A DNA stretch of 62,997 bases, the filler included, from Globobulimina sp. (lineage: Eukaryota): the NCBI GenBank assembly GCA_003354225.1. It is 12 parts of 12 records of this genome, joined end to end, with 100 filler letters (N's around TTAATTAATTAA, not from the genome) between each part and the next. Parts side by side here need not be neighbours in the genome. Positions count along the whole stretch, not along the records: positions 52,601 to 57,750 come from PIVH01000696.1; positions 57,851 to 62,997 come from PIVH01000697.1; 10 more parts are not named here. One strand, 5' to 3'. Below, piece after piece: positions 54,554 to 62,997 of the stretch; within the stretch, counting starts at the first letter, position 1, and every line of letters starts with the position of its first letter. The position numbers and the translations under genes are program-made. The notes under the pieces were generated by a model that was not told the DNA's origin, did no database searches, and saw only the letters and a list, made by a program, of their open reading frames with translations.

Positions 54554-57352
54554 TTGTGCATTTTGTCAAAATATGCAGGAACAAAATTCCACATTGAACC
54601 GGAGCAGGAAGAATCCATTAAAGCTGAAGAAAAAATGAATTTTATGACGGAAATCGTGCTGCATTTTCTCCGCATCGTCTCGCAATACGCCCCGTTGCTG
54701 TTAGTCATCGTGAAACACCAATTTATGTCCAAAGATGATTGGTTTTTAACGCACGCAGTCTGCAAAAAAATCAAATCTGGCGAATTGCGAAATGTTTCAT
54801 TTATGGTCACCGGCTGGCCACAGCGCAACAAATCGTATTCGAACCGGTACAGCCACCGAGACGCTGCGATGTGTTACAAAACCTTTCGCGAAGAATACTG
54901 CAATACAAACAACAACATTATAAATGCGGGCTCGGCCTCCAACGAAGTCAGCAACGCAGAGCTCATCAAAAAAACTGCCGTCACCGGTATGGGCAATGCA
55001 GACTGCGCCACCACGGTGCAATTACCACGTTGGACCAAGTCCGAAGTGGAGCAATTTTTGAAAGTCGAGTTTGATATCAAACGCTGCAGTCCTATGTTGG
55101 TGAAGTTTTTGCACAACAAAGCCGGTGGAATACCAGCAATGTCCAAAGCGTTGGTACGCGATCACCATTTGGTCTTCGTCAAAAATGGCGGCAATTTGGA
55201 CTGTTCCTCCATTGAGAAGTTAGGCGACTTAGCCTTAGGATTCAAAGAGACCGACATTCATTTTGCAATCCCTGCGTCCATACAATCGTATTTCGGCAAA
55301 ATGCTGGATTCATTGAACGATTATGCAAACTCGCAATTTATTCTGATTACCATTAAAACGGCAGCATTGATCTGCGTGGGGCAGGAATTCCAATCCCTGG
55401 CCTTTGCATTGGACACATTGCGTTCCTGCCACCCACTGTTCAATGACTGCGACGAGATGTATTTCAATGACGAATTCGAAGAAGCCATCGAAATATTGGT
55501 GTTCGAAGGCTTTATTCGCCGCGGCTTTGAAGCCGAAGCTTTCCAACAATTCAATTCATTGCGGAACACCAAACAAAAACAGAAATTGCATTTTTACGGC
55601 TACGGCTTCCACGAAGCAAATAACAACGTAAACGAGGCCAATACTAACAAGAAATCGTCTTTTTATGTATTCACGTCCGGGTTTTGCCGCGATGTGATTT
55701 ATAATCTGATGCTATTTAAGCAAAGGTCGGAGCTACACAAATCTGTGTCGGAGGTACTGCGCAAATACGACGCCTTGCTGACCGCCTCCAACATGGCCAA
55801 CAACGAAGTGCGAAATGCGTTGCGTAGACACGAAACCTTGCTGCAATTCGACGGAATGAAAAGCAACTTTGAGATTGAGAGCGAGCAAAATAAAAATATT
55901 AATCTCAACGACAGCGACATGAATTTGATGAATAGCAGCCGCGGCAAACACCGCTTCGTGGATTCGCAGCAATTATTCCACCAAAACAGCAAACTGCCCC
56001 GTTTTGACATCGGTGCTCAGGAAACGCCGATTGAGTCCATCCGCGACATGGACGAATACAAACAAATGAGCGAACTGAATGAGATGAACCGAAACCGAAA
56101 GCGAAACCAGAACCGCAGTGAGCTGAGTTTCGATGGCTATGACGACTATGACTTGGAGTCGCCGTACCCGCCAAGCATAGCGAGCATCGAGATCGCAAAC
56201 GCAATGAATAATATTAATATGAATATGAATAGTTACATGAATAATTACCGCAGCATCCCCTCCTCCGTGCTGGTGGTCTATCTAATGAGTGCCCGGAATA
56301 TCCCACGTTTGGATGCGTGGCAAATACCAAACTTATATGTGACTTTCCATTATGGCAATGGCAAAGAGCAGCATTTGTCGCGCAGTGTAATCACGTCCAA
56401 TTCCGACGACAATGACGATCCGATCTGGAATGAATATGCTGCGATTCCGTTGAGCAGAGAGCTTTTGACCAGTAACGGCTACGCGGCGCCAAAGATTACG
56501 CTCAAATTCTGGGACTATTCGCCCATTCGGCCCGACGACGATGTGATGATTGGCAAGATTTGCATCGATTTGCTGCATTTGTATGAAGAGCAAATCAAAC
56601 AACAACGGCATTTGGAGCATAAGTTGCGGACTCCGCGCAATTCTGTGTCTGCGTTGAACTTCCAATACGGATTAAAAAAGCAACTGGAGGATCGGGACTA
56701 TATTTATGTGTCCAAGTCGATGAAAATGATCATCGACGATGACTTGAAACAGTGCGTTCCGAATGGGAAACAAGCGTCGATGTTTGAGGCGATGTTCAAA
56801 TTTTGTGTGTTGCCCAATGAGTCGAATTCCAATGAGAATGAGAATGAGAATGAGAATGAGGCTCCCAATCAGAATGAGAATGGACATGCAACATTTTCGA
56901 TGAATGAATCGAGGGAGTTGCGTACTTCTGAAATGATGAAGAAAATGAATATGGCATTGCATGAGAATCAGTTGAGCGAATTGGACGATTTGAATGAGCT
57001 CAGTGGCGGTCCCAACAATGGACATAATAATAATAATAACAATAACAATGCAGCCGCGCATATTGTGGGCAATATGTCAATGGTCGGCAATATCAATCAC
57101 ATGCCGCAAATGTCGCATATTGAGCAGCAGCAGCAACAGCAACAGCAGTTTATGCCTCATCATTTGCAGCAATCGACTGGTTTGGCAAAGTATGTCTCTT
57201 CGTTGAATACAAAGAATATTAATCAGAATATTGCACAGCCGCCGCTCATACAAAATTATTCCAACGATGACAGCTATTTTTTGACGCAATTGGAGAATGA
57301 GGAAGAAATTCCATTTCATGATCAAGAATCTTTGGATTATGATTCCAACTGA
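54554..57352 (+). CDS. C-terminal part of a soluble adenylyl cyclase (ADCY10)-type STAND module plus C2 domain; N-terminus missing
   Basis: PLLLVI...FMSKDDW, KAGGIP, IPASIQ...LDSL and YVF...RDVIYNLMLFKQRSELH. C2 domain VYLMSARNIP...PIWNE...FWDY...MIG. Confidence 0.7.
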   Translation: MCILSKYAGTKFHIEPEQEESIKAEEKMNFMTEIVLHFLRIVSQYAPLLLVIVKHQFMSKDDWFLTHAVCKKIKSGELRNVSFMVTGWPQRNKSYSNRYSHRDAAMCYKTFREEYCNTNNNIINAGSASNEVSNAELIKKTAVTGMGNADCATTVQLPRWTKSEVEQFLKVEFDIKRCSPMLVKFLHNKAGGIPAMSKALVRDHHLVFVKNGGNLDCSSIEKLGDLALGFKETDIHFAIPASIQSYFGKMLDSLNDYANSQFILITIKTAALICVGQEFQSLAFALDTLRSCHPLFNDCDEMYFNDEFEEAIEILVFEGFIRRGFEAEAFQQFNSLRNTKQKQKLHFYGYGFHEANNNVNEANTNKKSSFYVFTSGFCRDVIYNLMLFKQRSELHKSVSEVLRKYDALLTASNMANNEVRNALRRHETLLQFDGMKSNFEIESEQNKNINLNDSDMNLMNSSRGKHRFVDSQQLFHQNSKLPRFDIGAQETPIESIRDMDEYKQMSELNEMNRNRKRNQNRSELSFDGYDDYDLESPYPPSIASIEIANAMNNINMNMNSYMNNYRSIPSSVLVVYLMSARNIPRLDAWQIPNLYVTFHYGNGKEQHLSRSVITSNSDDNDDPIWNEYAAIPLSRELLTSNGYAAPKITLKFWDYSPIRPDDDVMIGKICIDLLHLYEEQIKQQRHLEHKLRTPRNSVSALNFQYGLKKQLEDRDYIYVSKSMKMIIDDDLKQCVPNGKQASMFEAMFKFCVLPNESNSNENENENENEAPNQNENGHATFSMNESRELRTSEMMKKMNMALHENQLSELDDLNELSGGPNNGHNNNNNNNNAAAHIVGNMSMVGNINHMPQMSHIEQQQQQQQQFMPHHLQQSTGLAKYVSSLNTKNINQNIAQPPLIQNYSNDDSYFLTQLENEEEIPFHDQESLDYDSN

Positions 57353-57453
57353 TTTTGAATTATTAAATTAATTGTTTGTTTGTTTGTGAATTACCACTTT
57401 TCTGCATGTAGATACGTACGAAAATAACGGAAAATATAGGACATAAATAACAA

Positions 57454-57750
57454 TCACACACAGTCAAAAATTAATAAATCTTGCCTGTCACCAACATAAT
57501 CACTTGTTTGTTGCATTGATATTTTAATTTTTGGATATTTGACATTTAATGATGATGATATTGATGAATATAAATAATATAACCAACTTCGTCTATTTCC
57601 TCTCCCTTCTTTTCTATCCTTCCATACGCCATATAATGAACATTTTATTTTATTTCTTTTTCTTGTTTCACTTAAAATATCCAATAAACCACATAATGAA
57701 AATTGATATGAAGATTCTCACAAACCACTCGTACATTGAATAACAATATG
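57454..57750 (-). CDS. 3' fragment of an unidentified gene
   Basis: Short ORF near the contig edge, convergent with the upstream gene. Confidence 0.3.
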
Positions 57751-57893
57751 NNNNNNNNNNNNNNNNNNNNNNNNNNNNNNNNNNNNNNNNNNNNTTAATT
57801 AATTAANNNNNNNNNNNNNNNNNNNNNNNNNNNNNNNNNNNNNNNNNNNNAAATGGTATAGTTTTTGAGTGAAACTTATTTTAACTTCAAAAC

Positions 57894-60800
57894 ATGAGCG
57901 TAACAGACGTAGTATTTGATATTGGAGACTATGTAGAAATCACTCAAAATCGGCGTGGTACCATAAAATACGAAGGCAACATAAAATTTGTCGGATACAT
58001 TGTAGGAATTGAATTGGATGAAACTATCCCTGGCGGCACCGATGGAACCTTACTTGGTGTTCGATACTTCAAATGTCGCAAAAAGCGTGCCACCTTCGTC
58101 AAAATCTCCAAAATAAAATCAATCATAAAACCCCGTTCCACACAAAACAGAATACGCAAAGCCTTACATTTACCATTCACCAACAACTCATCCAATACTT
58201 CAAAGAAAAAGGCCAAAAAGCAAAAACAATCCAAAATTAAAAAAAACAACACATCCAAACAAACAAAACACAAAACCTTAACCACCAAACAAAAAAAAAA
58301 GATCTCTAAAAAGCCCAAAAAGAAATTTGCATTTTCCAACGTACCCTCCCTAGTCACGGACGACAGCAATTCCTCGACCGGCTCAACGGGGTCGTCCGGG
58401 AGCAGCAAAGACGAAATAAAGCCATCATTCCACAGCTCGGCCTCTGCGGGCTCTGCCTCGTTAGTATCCAAACAAAAGTCAAAGAAAAAAGAAAAATTAA
58501 GCAAACGCAGTGAAGACACCACTTCCATCACTACGGCCTCACCCATTGCACCACCACGCACTCCAAGACCTCGTTTGCTTCAACGAAAGCGAGCCACTTC
58601 GTCCTTATCACGCGAACGGGAGAAGTTTTTATCGAAACAGAAAGAAGGAAAAGCAGCTAAATCACCCATAACATTGCGGAGACAACGTAGTAATAAAAAG
58701 ATATCGCCCAAGAGCGAGATGACTGATATCAATGACAAATTAAAATATAATCTAAAACTATTATGTGCTTTGGGTCCGGTGCGTAAACGACAAGAAGCGT
58801 TAAAAGAATGTGCCGCACTCTTATCCGATAAGCAACTGCTTACAAATAATAATAGCCAAATCGCTGTGTTTTCCTTCGAAAAACCGACCAAAACACGTAC
58901 AAACCACAAATGTGCCCAAATGTTGGACAGTTTGACGATAAAATATTTTGTGGATAGTTTCAAGAAAGCGTTTTGGAAACAGCTGCAAGATAAAAAAGTG
59001 TCGATTCAGAAAGAGATTATCAATTTATTGCACATTGTAATTAAAAATCATTGGCTGTACATCAAGAAATATCTAAATTTTTACTTAAAAAAACTACTGC
59101 TATATTTCGAGAAAAACGACATCAAATCCACGCATAAATTCGTGTCGCCGGTCATCAAAACAATGATAAAATCCGTAACTCCGAGCGACGACAAGGTAAT
59201 AATCGTACATATTATGTGCGAATTGATTCAATTCGCCATCAAATCGCATAGTAAAATGGTGAAGAAACATTGTTGGAAATACATCGGTTTATTGCTCAAA
59301 AAACAAATCAAATATCGGCAAGAATTACCGTCTGCCTCTTCTTCGCCATCCTATGCCATCGGCGGTAATCGCAATTATTCCTTTTCTAAATCGCCCAAAA
59401 ACATGTTGGATATCTTGCAAAGTGGCTTAAAAAAAGGCATTTCGGACAGTGACAAGGCGACACAAGCGGCGGCAATGAGCGTTTTAACTATGTTTAGTTT
59501 CTTAGACGAAACGCGTGCGGAACGATTGATTTCTCGCATGAGTGGTACATTAATGCGACAGTACAATATCTCTAAAAAACAGCACCGTTTATCGTCCATA
59601 TCTTCTCCCAGAGCGAGCATATTAACCTCACCCAAAAACTCATTGTCGTCGCCACGTAGTAAGTCCTTGCAATCGCCGAAAATCGCACGAAGAATGTTGA
59701 AAATCAAGAAAAAAAGGAAGGAAATCAAGAAAAAAGCCGCCATTGTGATCAAACCGTCGGTGGAGAAGAAGGAATTTGCGTTTGTTGGATTCAGTTTAGA
59801 GTTAGATACGAAAGGCCAGAATAACGCAGATGAGGCATATAAGGCTTATAAGCCGTATAAGGAGGCGGAGCAAGATGTTATTTGCGTGTTGAGCGATGAT
59901 ATGAGTAGCACCGACACAGAGTCATACAGCGGAGATAGCAATGACAGTGACGACGATCGGAGGAAAAAGAAAAAAACATCTATTTCTATACCGTCAATCT
60001 CGACCAATAGCAACGAGAAAAGCCATGATAACTATATGGCGGCTCATGGCTCAAACAGTGATAGCAATGATAGCGATGATAGCGACAGCAACGAAGAGGA
60101 GGAGGACATCCACGCACAGCTTCAATCACATTCGCATACATTTACAATCAAATCGATGAAGAAAAGCGTACAGAAAAAAGCGTTTATTCCGTCACTGGAT
60201 CGTGCGCTGATAAATAAGGGTACGAATTATGATAGAAACAGCAATGCCAATTATAAGCCGCCTACGATGTCATTAACGCGGCCGAGTTCGGCTAAATTCG
60301 GCAGCACGGATAAAAAGCAGCGGGTTCGCGTCAATCGAGTGGAGAGTATGCGGCCTGACAGTGCCCGGGCGAGTGGTGGGGATAAGAAGATGTTGTTTGC
60401 AGAGGAAGATTTGAAGCAAGTGGACAGCGAAGAGGAGGACTCATTGACGGACTCGGAAGTGAGCAGTGACAGTGAGCTGGACAGCGATGATGAGGAAGAA
60501 TTGTACAATAATAAGGATATGCGGGTCTTTCGAGAGAATATTAATAACGGATATATGCCGAAATTGAATACTATTTCCTATAATGGACTGTTGAATGAAT
60601 ATTATTTTACGGAGTATAGAGGGAATAAGGTATTGAATGATGACGAGAAACAGTGTTTGTTTTACGCTTCGTACAGCTATGCCCGCGTGGATAGCAATAT
60701 TAATATGACTAATATGTTTAATATGTACCATGACAGCGAGGAGGAAGTGTATGATGACATATATGGCAAAGTGTATGACAAATATACCCATTATTTGCGT

Positions 60801-62997
60801 ATTAATTTAAATTCCAATGTGAAGTCTGAAAATATTCACCGGCACAAATTAAATTTAGTGATTTTATTGGACCAATCGGGCTCTATGGGTTCTACCTTCA
60901 ACGAGGATGAGGTGGCCATGGATCAGGAGATAAAGTCTAAAATGAGCATTGCCAACGAATGTCTATGTAAAATGTTAGATAACTTGCAGGACAATGATAG
61001 ATTTGCATTGATATCCTTCGATGACGAGATATATATTCATACACAATCTAAATTACAATTCGTCAAAGATATAAACACAGTTTGCCTCAAAGAAAAGATC
61101 ATAAATATCCGTGAAAATGGTGGGACAAATTTCGAGTTGGCGTACGAAAAAGCCAGCGAATTTTTCAATGATTTATTCCATAGCAATACATCTGATATCA
61201 ATGACTATGATAACCGCGTGATTATGCTGACCGATGCTTGTCCCAATGTGTCCGCCACCGATCCACAGTCATTATTACATTTATTCCGCAAGAATTGCGC
61301 CATAAATATATACACCACCTTCATTGCCATTGGCTTAGACTTTAACACTGAAATGATCAACGAAATAAATATCCAACGCGGATGCAATTATTTCTCTGTC
61401 AAATCGTCGCAGGATTTCAAACAAATATTGAATAATTCAGAGGCATTTCAGTGTATGTTGACCCCGTTGGTATTCAATGTGTGTTTAACGTTAAAATCAG
61501 AGACTGCGAATCAAGGCAATTGCATCGCCGATGTGTATGGTGTAAATTATCAAAAACGTAAATTAATTAAACAGAGCGGCGCCATCCAACGCATCGGTAC
61601 CTTATTCCCGACGCATTGTAAAAAGCCGCAAGGAAACAATCCGGCGGCTCCAGTACGTGGTGGTATGGTGATTGTGAAATTAAAAAACAACCGACAACGC
61701 GACATAGCCATGGCGATAAAATACGAAGATCGCAATGGCAAAATCTACGAAACGACGCAACGTATATCATTGGGGGATAAAAAGGGCATTTATTTCGATG
61801 ACGTATCCATCCGCAAAGGCGTGTTATTGTGCAGATATTGTCGATTATTGAAACAATGGCTGGAAGAAGATGTAGATTCGCGTCACATCCGCTCTTTTTT
61901 GAACGTCTCATCCAAATGGAAAAATATATTCTCTTCTTTTATTGCCTTTTTTAGAGCGGAAATGGACATCATTGGCGATCTGGATTTAGAAAAAGAAGTG
62001 ATTTTATTGAATAAATTGGTATCTTATAACAATAATAGCTCTTTAAAACCAAACATGTGCAGTACTTCCAGCACTTCCTCGGTTTCGCCCCGCACCCATA
62101 CAAAAATCGAGGGTGTGACAGATTTGATTATCAGTTTTTTGCAGCTGAAAGATCCCCGAATTACGTGGAAAATGATTGAGTTTCTATCCACAGAGCCGAC
62201 TACATCGATATTAATGTCGTTTATGTCGCGAATGTCGATGGCGGAGACCGTTTGGATGGACAATTTGCAGCGGGATATAGACTACAATTTGTGCATTGAC
62301 AGCGTGGATTTTGTGCTGCACAGCGAGGACCCCAACGAGATACGTTTGACGCAGTTATCATATTCATTGATGCGGATGTTATCCAATGACAATTATGCAG
62401 AGACTGTGAAGTCTTTCTTGTCGCGGAAATGTGCTAAAATTGCACGGCATTCGTTGGCGGTGTTCCATCCGTTGTCGCGCGGCAATGCATATCATGCACG
62501 TGTTATACTGGAGTCGTTGTTGCATAGTAATCCAAAGGAACTATTCACTGCGCTGCTCAGTGATAAGTGTATGCGGCAGTTACTAAAATGTGCGTTATTT
62601 CGCAATATTCAGCGCGGGAATATGAATTCATTTTTTTTGGATTTGATTTGCTTTAAATCACAATCTCGACAGAAATTATATAAACAACAAACGGAGATGA
62701 ATCATAAGAAGCTGGTGAAGCGATTATCGGAATGGAACATTGTTCCGTATATTTTGCGACAATCGGCCTCGGCGAGAAATGATGACAATGTGTGTGGTAA
62801 GTTTTGTTCTTTTTTCATTGATTTGACGGCGAAGAGTGCCACGATGCAAGAATGTAAGATATTGTTTCCTGATAAATATGCCACATTGATCGTGGATGAA
62901 TTGGTTGGAAATGGATTATTGAATAATAAGACCAGTGTATGGACAAAGATCCAGTGCTCGCAGAGTTTGATTCAATTTTTAGATATTTGTTCCAGAC
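57894..62997 (+). CDS. Large multidomain protein (1701 codons, open to the window end): CAP-Gly, TOG/CLASP-like HEAT, vWA and SAPS-like helical region
   Basis: Translated by hand; absent from the track, consistent with having no stop. CAP-Gly GTIKYEG...VGIELD...GGTDG...RYFKC. HEAT-like QLQDKKVSIQKE and KKGISDSDKATQAAA. vWA MIDAS LDQSGSM, GGTNF and MLTDA. Confidence 0.88.
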   Translation, partial: MSVTDVVFDIGDYVEITQNRRGTIKYEGNIKFVGYIVGIELDETIPGGTDGTLLGVRYFKCRKKRATFVKISKIKSIIKPRSTQNRIRKALHLPFTNNSSNTSKKKAKKQKQSKIKKNNTSKQTKHKTLTTKQKKKISKKPKKKFAFSNVPSLVTDDSNSSTGSTGSSGSSKDEIKPSFHSSASAGSASLVSKQKSKKKEKLSKRSEDTTSITTASPIAPPRTPRPRLLQRKRATSSLSREREKFLSKQKEGKAAKSPITLRRQRSNKKISPKSEMTDINDKLKYNLKLLCALGPVRKRQEALKECAALLSDKQLLTNNNSQIAVFSFEKPTKTRTNHKCAQMLDSLTIKYFVDSFKKAFWKQLQDKKVSIQKEIINLLHIVIKNHWLYIKKYLNFYLKKLLLYFEKNDIKSTHKFVSPVIKTMIKSVTPSDDKVIIVHIMCELIQFAIKSHSKMVKKHCWKYIGLLLKKQIKYRQELPSASSSPSYAIGGNRNYSFSKSPKNMLDILQSGLKKGISDSDKATQAAAMSVLTMFSFLDETRAERLISRMSGTLMRQYNISKKQHRLSSISSPRASILTSPKNSLSSPRSKSLQSPKIARRMLKIKKKRKEIKKKAAIVIKPSVEKKEFAFVGFSLELDTKGQNNADEAYKAYKPYKEAEQDVICVLSDDMSSTDTESYSGDSNDSDDDRRKKKKTSISIPSISTNSNEKSHDNYMAAHGSNSDSNDSDDSDSNEEEEDIHAQLQSHSHTFTIKSMKKSVQKKAFIPSLDRALINKGTNYDRNSNANYKPPTMSLTRPSSAKFGSTDKKQRVRVNRVESMRPDSARASGGDKKMLFAEEDLKQVDSEEEDSLTDSEVSSDSELDSDDEEELYNNKDMRVFRENINNGYMPKLNTISYNGLLNEYYFTEYRGNKVLNDDEKQCLFYASYSYARVDSNINMTNMFNMYHDSEEEVYDDIYGKVYDKYTHYLRINLNSNVKSENIHRHKLNLVILLDQSGSMGSTFNEDEVAMDQEIKSKMSIANECLCKMLDNLQDNDRFALISFDDEIYIHTQSKLQFVKDINTVCLKEKIINIRENGGTNFELAYEKASEFFNDLFHSNTSDINDYDNRVIMLTDACPNVSATDPQSLLHLFRKNCAINIYTTFIAIGLDFNTEMINEINIQRGCNYFSVKSSQDFKQILNNSEAFQCMLTPLVFNVCLTLKSETANQGNCIADVYGVNYQKRKLIKQSGAIQRIGTLFPTHCKKPQGNNPAAPVRGGMVIVKLKNNRQRDIAMAIKYEDRNGKIYETTQRISLGDKKGIYFDDVSIRKGVLLCRYCRLLKQWLEEDVDSRHIRSFLNVSSKWKNIFSSFIAFFRAEMDIIGDLDLEKEVILLNKLVSYNNNSSLKPNMCSTSSTSSVSPRTHTKIEGVTDLIISFLQLKDPRITWKMIEFLSTEPTTSILMSFMSRMSMAETVWMDNLQRDIDYNLCIDSVDFVLHSEDPNEIRLTQLSYSLMRMLSNDNYAETVKSFLSRKCAKIARHSLAVFHPLSRGNAYHARVILESLLHSNPKELFTALLSDKCMRQLLKCALFRNIQRGNMNSFFLDLICFKSQSRQKLYKQQTEMNHKKLVKRLSEWNIVPYILRQSASARNDDNVCGKFCSFFIDLTAKSATMQECKILFPDKYATLIVDELVGNGLLNNKTSVWTKIQCSQSLIQFLDICSR

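Noticed and set aside
57944-62884. Many short minus-strand ORFs in the last contig
   Set aside because: Antisense shadows of the long plus-strand ORF starting at 57894.
1-62997. Alternative genetic code, rRNA or tRNA genes
   Set aside because: Nearly all ORF breaks resolve as introns. TAA and TGA both end conserved genes, and no in-frame TAG appears in them. I recognised no rRNA or tRNA by eye; tRNAscan-SE/Infernal would be needed to exclude them.

Overview
Not a prokaryotic locus. The window is 12 separate ~5.15 kb contigs, each joined by an artificial 100-nt N44-TTAATTAATTAA-N44 linker. They come from an AT-rich, gene-dense eukaryote with short GT-AG introns, mostly 50-85 nt. Gene families suggest a foraminiferan/rhizarian, probably a single-cell amplified assembly (inference). 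Host genes: an ankyrin-CBM20-GDPD phosphodiesterase, a PHTF-like multi-TM protein, an Arg/Gly-rich basic protein, a ZZ-START protein, an EEP nuclease, a giant Cys-rich secreted protein, a bacterial-type GH55 beta-1,3-glucanase, a RING E3, SF3A2, paired RCC1-like genes, a UEV-2OG oxygenase, a CaiB/SUGCT CoA-transferase, a Rab1-like GTPase, ZNF830, a formin, a SAM-TRP channel, a small spliced gene missed by the ORF track, USP14, a DH-PH-FYVE-LIM GEF, a C2H2 protein, a STAND-C2 fragment and a 1701-codon CAP-Gly/TOG/vWA ORF also absent from the track. The most unusual signal is a LINE-type retrotransposon family seen as two complementary relatives. The copy at 15808-20914 has the ORF1 tail plus an intact APE-RT-RNase H ORF2; the copy at 27484-31044 has the 5' end plus ORF1. 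Together they suggest a 19-bp terminal inverted repeat whose core recurs in the inter-ORF spacer, a 50-nt spliceosomal-type intron in ORF1, and a 96-nt spacer block conserved at nucleotide rather than codon level. All homology calls come from recognising motifs by eye; no searches were run.
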